From NCBI GenBank assembly GCA_937889855.1, contig CALBYK010000248.1, forward strand, positions 16,893 through 80,892: 64,000 bases of DNA. The letters are read 5' to 3'. Below the pieces are notes generated by a model. It had not been told where the DNA came from and ran no database searches. It saw nothing but the letters and a program-made list of their open reading frames with translations. Of the stretch, positions 57,713 through 64,000 are shown piece by piece. The DNA is from an uncultured Prevotella sp. GTDB lineage: Bacteria; Bacteroidota; Bacteroidia; Bacteroidales; Bacteroidaceae. Position 1 is the stretch's first letter; the number at the start of each line of letters is the position of its first letter. Made by a program: the position numbers and the translations under genes.

Positions 57713-58479
57713 CTATGATTTCTTGTCGCCTGCTTTTTCCAGCAAGGCTTTGAGCCTTTTTATCTCTTCTTGCTGTGCGTAGTAGGCTTTAAGGGCGCGT
57801 TGTTTGAGGTTTTCATAGGCCGCTTTCATTTATCTGCCTCGCTTTGGGCTGCGGCAAGCGCTTGCTCAAGGCGGGGCATTTCGCTCTCAAGCTGTTTCAG
57901 GCGCGCGTCCTGCTGCTGACGGTAACCGGTTCTGGCTTTGTACATGCGCTCCTTTATTCCGCCCTCGGTCACAAATTGCTGCTCAAGACGCTTCAGGAAT
58001 GTCATCATCATCTTGTCAATCATGTGGCAGAGAGTCAGTGCATAGTTGCACATCTGCTCGTCATCCCATTGCTGGAAATAAGGCTCGTAGTCTTTTAGCT
58101 TGTTGTGACGGCGGCAATATTCCACCATCGCGGAATAACGGCTGTCGCCCTGAGTGTAGAACTGCAAGTGGCGTGACTTTAGGTAGTCCTCGAAATCCTC
58201 GCGGAGTTCCTTCAGCGAGGCACGCGCCACATTGAGCAGTTTCAGCTGTATCTCTGTTGACGTAATGCCGTCGGCAAGTCCTTCAACAATATTCTGCTTG
58301 CACGAGCGGGCCGCCTGTATAATCTGGTCGCGTGTGCGGTCTTTATACAGGTGAATATATCTGTTGCAAAACGCAAACGACAACTGGTACACGACATCCG
58401 ACTTCTGGTAGAAGTATAGCTTCTCCCAGTTTATCTGATTGCCAAGAACACCCGGCTTGGCTTCTGTAGAATCAGCCAT
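57713..58479 (-). pseudogene. Four-helix-bundle (23S IVS/bAvd-like) protein with suffix domain; frameshift near 57826
   Basis: DQIIQAARSCKQNIVEG, VARASLKELREDFED and FVTEGGIKERM motifs; coiled-coil tail continues in another frame to TAG at 57713. Confidence 0.75.
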
Positions 58480-58508
58480 AAAGGATTCTTAGTTTCGTTT
58501 ATATATTG

Positions 58509-59282
58509 TTACCGGCTGATAGTCGTTCCGCAATCGGGCTTGCCCAAGTAGTCGGCCTTGGTTATCACCACTCGCTTCACTCCTGCCTCCACGGCGGCAA
58601 GGGCGTTCTCTATCTTGGGCAGCATGCCGCCGGATATCGTGCCGTCGGTTGTGAGGCGATGGAAGTCGGCCCGGGTGATGGTGGGGATTACACTCGCGTC
58701 GTCGTCGGGGTCGGCGAGCACGCCGGGCTTCTCGAAGCAGTAGACGAGTGTCGTGTCATACAATGGGGCGAGGGCGCGTGCCGTCTCCGAGGCAATGGTG
58801 TCGGCGTTGGTGTTGAGCATGGTGCCGTGGCCGTCGTGGGTGAGCGGTGCGAGCACGGGAGTGAGACCGGCTTCGATGAGAGTCCTTATGCGGTCGGCTG
58901 CCACGCGGTCGACATCGCCCACAAAGCCGAAGTCGACTCCGTCCTTCAGCGGACGCTTGTGCGAGCGGATGACATCCATGTCAGCGCCGGTCAGTCCGAT
59001 GGCGTTGACGCCAAGCGACTGCAGCCGCGCCACAATGTTCTTGTTGACGAGACCGCCGTAGACCATTGTCACCACCTCAAGCATATCGGCGTCGGTGATG
59101 CGTCGCCCGTTCACCATATGGCTCTCGATGCCGAGTTGCGCGGCAACTTTTGTGGCACGGCGACCGCCGCCGTGAACCAATATCTTCGCGCCTCCGATTT
59201 GCTTGAACCCTTCGAGCAGGAGGGAGAGCTGTGCCGGGTCCTCGACCACGGCACCGCCTACCTTTACTATTGTTATATTCAT
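58509..59282 (-). CDS. argB: Acetylglutamate kinase
   Basis: VKVGG, VHGGG, NTNAD and GGMLPK motifs; start set at ATG 59282. Confidence 0.95.
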   Translation of the reverse strand: MNITIVKVGGAVVEDPAQLSLLLEGFKQIGGAKILVHGGGRRATKVAAQLGIESHMVNGRRITDADMLEVVTMVYGGLVNKNIVARLQSLGVNAIGLTGADMDVIRSHKRPLKDGVDFGFVGDVDRVAADRIRTLIEAGLTPVLAPLTHDGHGTMLNTNADTIASETARALAPLYDTTLVYCFEKPGVLADPDDDASVIPTITRADFHRLTTDGTISGGMLPKIENALAAVEAGVKRVVITKADYLGKPDCGTTISR

Positions 59283-59313
59283 AGATGGAAATGAAGTGTG
59301 CTGTTCTTTTTGT

Positions 59314-61206
59314 TTATTCCAGATAAGTGTATCCATACAGTCCCGAGCGGTAGTTGCTCAGAAACTCCTTGCCTTCCTCGAGCGATATCTTGCCCGCCTT
59401 CACACTCTTCGTCACCCAAATCTCGAGCTGCCGCACGAGTTTCTTAGGGTTGTACTGCACGTAGTCGAGCACCTCCTCCACGGTCTCGCCGTCGAAGATT
59501 TGGTCGATGTGGTAAGTGCCGTCCTTGACGGATATGTGCACGGCGTTGGTGTCGCCGAAGAGGTTGTGCATGTCGCCGAGAATTTCCTGGTAGGCACCTA
59601 CGAGGAATATGCCGAGGTAGTAGTCCTCGTTCTTGCGTATCGGGTGTACAGGCAGCACGTGCGTTGTCTGGCGGTTGGTCACGAAGTTGGCAATCTTGCC
59701 GTCGGAGTCGCAGGTGATGTCCTGCAGTGTGGCGTTGCGCGTGGGCCGCTCGTTGAGACGCTGTATGGGGACAATGGGGAATACCTGGTCGATGGCCCAA
59801 GAGTCGGGCAGCGACTGGAAGAGCGATATGTTGCAGAAATACTTGTCGGCAAGCAGTTTGTCCAGGCCTCGCAGTTCTTCTGGCATGTGTTTAAGTGTTT
59901 TCGCCATGGAGTTGACCTCGCGGCACACGCTCCAGTACATGCTCTCGATCTCGGCGCGTGTGCGCAGGTCGACTATGCCGTGTGAGAAGAGGTCGAGAGC
60001 CTCGTCGCGTATCTGCTCGGCGTCGTGCCAGTCCTCGAGCATGGTGCGCGTGTTGAGGTTGTCCCAAATCTCGTAGAGGTCTTTCACGAGTTGGTGGTCG
60101 TTTTCAGACGGCTCGAAGTCGTCGCGCATCTCTGGCAGCGACGTTGTCTCGAGCACGTCGGTGATGAGCACGGAGTGGTGGGCGGAGAGCGAGCGTCCGC
60201 TTTCGGTGATGAGGTTGGGGTGGGGCAGCCCGTTCTTGTTGGCGGCATCGACGAACGTGTACACGCAGTCGTTGACATACTCCTGGATGGAATAGTTGAC
60301 CGAGCTCTCGCTCGACGACGAGCGCGTGCCGTCGTAGTCGACACCAAGTCCGCCGCCGCAGTCGACGAAGTCGATGTTGTAGCCCATCTTGTGCAGTTGT
60401 ATGTAGAAGTTGGCTGCCTCTCGCAGGGCGGTTTGTATGCGCCGTATCTTGGTAATCTGCGAGCCGATGTGGAAATGGATGAGCCGCACGCAGTCGTGCA
60501 GGCCCTTCTCGTCGAGCGTTTCGAGTGCCTGGAGCACCTCCGAGGCGCGCAGACCGAACTTCGAGGCGTCGCCGCCGCTCTCCTGCCACTTGCCAGAGCC
60601 GCTTGAAGCGAGCTTTATGCGTATGCCAATATTAGGCTTCACGCCCAGTTTCTTGGCGGCAGTGGCTATGAGTCCGATCTCGTTCATCTTCTCGACGACG
60701 ATGAAGATGCGCTTGCCCATCTTCTGCGCCAGGAGCGCCAGCTCGATGTAGCTTTGGTCCTTGTAGCCGTTGCATACGATGATGGAGTCGCTCTGGCACT
60801 GCACGGCGATGACGGCGTGAAGCTCGGGCTTGGAGCCGCACTCCAGTCCGAGGTTGAACTTGCGGCCGTGCGATATAATCTCCTCCACGACAGGCTGCAT
60901 CTGGTTCACCTTGATAGGATAGACGATGAAGTTCTCTGCCTTGTACTGATACTCCTCAGCCGCCTTCTTGAAGCAGCTCGAGGTCTTCTCGATGCGGTTG
61001 TCGAGGATGTCGGGGAAGCGCAGCAGCACGGGCGGCGTGACGTCGCGGAGCTGAAGCTCGTCCATGACGTCGCGCAGGTCGATCTGCACGTTGTCCTTGC
61101 AGGGCGTGACGTACATGTCGCCCTTGTCGTTGACACCAAAATATGATGTTCCCCAGCCGTTGATGTTGTACAGCTCTCGGGAATCGTCAATGGTCCATTT
61201 TTTCAT
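59314..61206 (-). CDS. speA: Biosynthetic arginine decarboxylase
   Basis: YPIKVNQ, HFHIGSQ, DITCDSDG and GDMHNLFG motifs. Confidence 0.97.
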   Translation of the reverse strand: MKKWTIDDSRELYNINGWGTSYFGVNDKGDMYVTPCKDNVQIDLRDVMDELQLRDVTPPVLLRFPDILDNRIEKTSSCFKKAAEEYQYKAENFIVYPIKVNQMQPVVEEIISHGRKFNLGLECGSKPELHAVIAVQCQSDSIIVCNGYKDQSYIELALLAQKMGKRIFIVVEKMNEIGLIATAAKKLGVKPNIGIRIKLASSGSGKWQESGGDASKFGLRASEVLQALETLDEKGLHDCVRLIHFHIGSQITKIRRIQTALREAANFYIQLHKMGYNIDFVDCGGGLGVDYDGTRSSSSESSVNYSIQEYVNDCVYTFVDAANKNGLPHPNLITESGRSLSAHHSVLITDVLETTSLPEMRDDFEPSENDHQLVKDLYEIWDNLNTRTMLEDWHDAEQIRDEALDLFSHGIVDLRTRAEIESMYWSVCREVNSMAKTLKHMPEELRGLDKLLADKYFCNISLFQSLPDSWAIDQVFPIVPIQRLNERPTRNATLQDITCDSDGKIANFVTNRQTTHVLPVHPIRKNEDYYLGIFLVGAYQEILGDMHNLFGDTNAVHISVKDGTYHIDQIFDGETVEEVLDYVQYNPKKLVRQLEIWVTKSVKAGKISLEEGKEFLSNYRSGLYGYTYLE

Positions 61207-61280
61207 TTGATTTGTCGTTTTTGGGAGGATTGATAAGCCTTTCTATGCCTTATTGAGTATTTTCCTGCCTTCTTGCCTTT

Positions 61281-61817
61281 CTAAGCCTTGGGCTGGTTGA
61301 TACTCTCGATAAGCTTTTTCACAGTGATGTTGATTTTGTCGTAGTTGTCGAGCAAGTTCACGTCGAGTGTGTATTTGGCTTTTGAATAGAACTGCTCGCG
61401 GTAGGCGAGTTGTTCAACGATGAAAGCCTTGACTTGTTCCTGTGTCTTGTTGAGCAGCAGCGGACGCACTGACTTGCCCATCTTCAGGTGCTGGTAGAGA
61501 ACATCCGGCGACGCCTTGAGATATACTACCTGTCCTTGCTTGTTCAAGTAGTCAATATTGTCGAAGAAACACGGGGTGCCGCCGCCACACGAAAGCACCA
61601 CGTTCTCAAATTCTGCCACCTCGTGCAGCATGTTGTGCTCGATGCGGCGGAATCCTTCCTCGCCCTCGGCATCGAATATCTGTTTCACTGTGCGTCGCAT
61701 ACGCGTCTCGATATACCAGTCGAGGTCGTAGAACGGCACGCCAAGAGCCTTGGCCAGTGCTTTCCCGACTGTCGTTTTGCCGGCTCCCATGTAGCCGATA
61801 AGGATTATTCTAATCAT
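61281..61817 (-). CDS. aroK: Shikimate kinase
   Basis: GYMGAGKTT, GEEGFR, GGG and RPLL motifs. Confidence 0.96.
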   Translation of the reverse strand: MIRIILIGYMGAGKTTVGKALAKALGVPFYDLDWYIETRMRRTVKQIFDAEGEEGFRRIEHNMLHEVAEFENVVLSCGGGTPCFFDNIDYLNKQGQVVYLKASPDVLYQHLKMGKSVRPLLLNKTQEQVKAFIVEQLAYREQFYSKAKYTLDVNLLDNYDKINITVKKLIESINQPKA

Positions 61818-61827
61818 AGAATCAAAT

Positions 61828-64000
61828 TTACTTCTTCCTCTTTTTCGGGGCAGGCGGGTTGTTGACAATATCCATGCACTGCTCGTAGGTCAATTCGGCT
61901 GCCTTCGGATGCAGGTCGCGTGGTATGCGATAGTTCTTTCCGTCGTAGGCGATGTATGGGCCATAGCGTCCGTTGAGAACCTCGAGCTTTGTATCCTCGT
62001 CAAACTTTTTTATGTGGCGTTCGGCTTCAGCCTTTCGCTTGCTCTCTATAAGCTCGATGGCTCGTTCAAGCGTAATCGTCATCGGGTCTTCATCTTTCGG
62101 GATGGACACATACTTCTTGTCGTGCAGGACGTATGGCCCGAAGCGTCCGGCGCCGATAGTGACTGTCTTGCCCTCAAACTCACCTACATTGCGCGGCAAC
62201 TTGAACAACTCAAGAGCCTCGTCGAGGGAGATTGTCTCCATACTCTTGTCGGCTGGCAGCTGTGCGAATCGCGGTTTCTCCTCGTCATCTGCTGTGCCTA
62301 TCTGCACAACTGGGCCGTAGCGGCCAATCTTGACGAATACCGGATGTCCGGTCTTGGGGTCGTCGCCCAGTTTGCGCTCGCCAGCCTTGTGCTCAGAGCG
62401 CGCGTTCATCACCTTCTCCACGGTGGGCTCAAATTCCTTGTCGAAATGTTTCATCATGTCGGTCCACTCCTCCTTGCCGTCGGCAATCTGGTCGAACTGC
62501 TGCTCCACTTTGGCTGTGAAGTTGTAGTCCATGATGGCAGGGAAGTTCTGCATGAGGAAGTCGTTGACGACGATGCCTATGTCGGTGGGCAGTAGCTTGC
62601 CTTTCTCGTTGCCGGTCAGCTCCACCTTGCGTGTCGGGGTTATCTGTATGCCGCGCAGTGTGTCGATGATGTAGGGACGTTCTTCTCCCTTCTTCTCGCC
62701 CTTTTGCACATACTCGCGTTGCTGTATTGTTGATATTGTCGGCGCGTAGGTAGACGGGCGGCCAATGCCGAGTTCCTCAAGTTTTTTCACGAGGCTTGCC
62801 TCGGTGTAGCGGGCAGGTCCACGCGAGTAGCGTTCAGTAGAGGTGATCTCGCGTCGTGTGAGGTTGTCGCCTTCTTTTATTACAGGCAGATTGTGTGAGA
62901 ATTCGTCCTTGGTTGAGTCGGCTTGCTCATCATCGGTAGACTCGCGGTATACCTTGAGGAAACCATCGAATTTCACCACCTCGCCATTGGCTATGAAATG
63001 CTCGTCGGCGCCGGTCATGGCTATGCCGACGGTTGTCTTCTCAATCAGTGCCTCTGACATCTGGCATGCGGCAGTGCGTTTCCATATGAGGTCGTAGAGC
63101 CGGCGCTCCTGTGCTGTACCCTCAATGGACGTGTTGCTCATATATGTAGGACGGATGGCTTCGTGTGCCTCTTGAGCTCCCTTGGAATGGGTGTGGAAGT
63201 TGCGTGGCGAGCTGTATTGCTCACCGTATAGTTTTATTATCTCCTCCTTGGCGGCTCCAAGGCAGAGCTTGGAGAGGTTTACACTGTCGGTACGCATGTA
63301 TGTGATGAGACCGTTCTCGTATAGCCGTTGTGCAACCATCATAGTTTGCGACACTGAGAAACCCAGTTTGCGTGCCGCCTCCTGCTGTAATGTTGATGTG
63401 GTGAATGGTGGCGCAGGCATGCGGTTGAACGGTTCTTTTTGCACGGAGTCGACGGTGAACTCAGCCTTCTTGCACTTCTCAAGGAACGTTATGGCGTCGT
63501 CGTGGTTGGTGAAACGCTTGTCGAGCTCCGCCTTCACTTCCGACTGCGATCCGTCGGTGTTGGTGATGGCAAAGATGGCATTGATGCGGTAGTAGGGCTC
63601 GCTCTTGAACTTCTGTATCTCACGCTCGCGCTCCACGATAAGTCGCACGGCTACCGACTGCACGCGTCCAGCCGAGAGGGCAGGCTTCACCTTGCGCCAC
63701 AGTACGGGCGACAGTTTGAAACCCACGATGCGGTCCAGTACGCGGCGTGCCTGCTGCGCGTTGACAAGGTTCATGTTGATATGGCGCGGCATGGCGATGG
63801 CTGCCAGAATTGCCGGTTTGGTTATCTCGTGGAATACGATGCGGTTGGTGGACGCCTCGTCGAGACCGAGAACTTCGCAAAGGTGCCATGAGATGGCCTC
63901 ACCCTCGCGGTCCTCATCGGAAGCGAGCCACACCTTGTGTGCCTTCTTTGCATTCTCGCGCAGCTTCTTGACGAGTTCCTCTTTGTCTTTCGGAATTACG
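61828..64000 (-). CDS. topA: DNA topoisomerase I (5' part outside the window)
   Basis: DEDREGE, SAGRVQS, LITYMRTDS, GIGRPSTY motifs; C-terminal GR(Y/F)GP repeats. Confidence 0.98.
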   Translation of the reverse strand, partial: VIPKDKEELVKKLRENAKKAHKVWLASDEDREGEAISWHLCEVLGLDEASTNRIVFHEITKPAILAAIAMPRHINMNLVNAQQARRVLDRIVGFKLSPVLWRKVKPALSAGRVQSVAVRLIVEREREIQKFKSEPYYRINAIFAITNTDGSQSEVKAELDKRFTNHDDAITFLEKCKKAEFTVDSVQKEPFNRMPAPPFTTSTLQQEAARKLGFSVSQTMMVAQRLYENGLITYMRTDSVNLSKLCLGAAKEEIIKLYGEQYSSPRNFHTHSKGAQEAHEAIRPTYMSNTSIEGTAQERRLYDLIWKRTAACQMSEALIEKTTVGIAMTGADEHFIANGEVVKFDGFLKVYRESTDDEQADSTKDEFSHNLPVIKEGDNLTRREITSTERYSRGPARYTEASLVKKLEELGIGRPSTYAPTISTIQQREYVQKGEKKGEERPYIIDTLRGIQITPTRKVELTGNEKGKLLPTDIGIVVNDFLMQNFPAIMDYNFTAKVEQQFDQIADGKEEWTDMMKHFDKEFEPTVEKVMNARSEHKAGERKLGDDPKTGHPVFVKIGRYGPVVQIGTADDEEKPRFAQLPADKSMETISLDEALELFKLPRNVGEFEGKTVTIGAGRFGPYVLHDKKYVSIPKDEDPMTITLERAIELIESKRKAEAERHIKKFDEDTKLEVLNGRYGPYIAYDGKNYRIPRDLHPKAAELTYEQCMDIVNNPPAPKKRKK

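Noticed and set aside
57713..58479. Diversity-generating retroelement suggested by the bAvd-like gene
   Set aside because: No reverse transcriptase and no TR/VR pair seen in the window

Overview
Chromosomal window from a Bacteroidales bacterium, probably Prevotella-like. This is inferred from gene content, synteny and the recurrent TAnnTTTG -7 promoter elements. The GC-rich backbone carries housekeeping genes: ybeY, coaD, DPP7, an S41 protease, lgt, ychF, lepB, dapB, rimP-nusA-infB, envC-dut/dgt, ackA-pta, cdaA-folP, murF, ndk, U32, sufE, a glutaminyl-cyclase-like M28, an ECF sigma/anti-sigma pair, a MacAB-TolC-like exporter, and argB-speA-aroK-topA. AT-rich islets interrupt it at about 8.0-11.7 kb, 24.1-31.7 kb and 44.0-44.5 kb. 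The best candidate for an undescribed system occurs twice: a membrane-anchored TPR-TM-HTH one-component regulator transcribed divergently from an unrelated, toxin-like lipoprotein gene that is followed by a small membrane ORF. The two intergenic regions carry related TG(A/G)(A/G)ACAAA boxes, and each islet has a 4 x 22-bp palindromic array at one edge. Other signals are a REP/REPIN family with one copy translated in frame inside a histidine kinase, a shortened two-component system (no AAA+ domain, apparently no PAS), a candidate 3'-derived sRNA behind the ECF operon, a terminator in the rimP leader, and three frameshifted genes. No CRISPR array, rRNA, tRNA, transposase or integrase was recognised. 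All family assignments are by eye; no database search was run.
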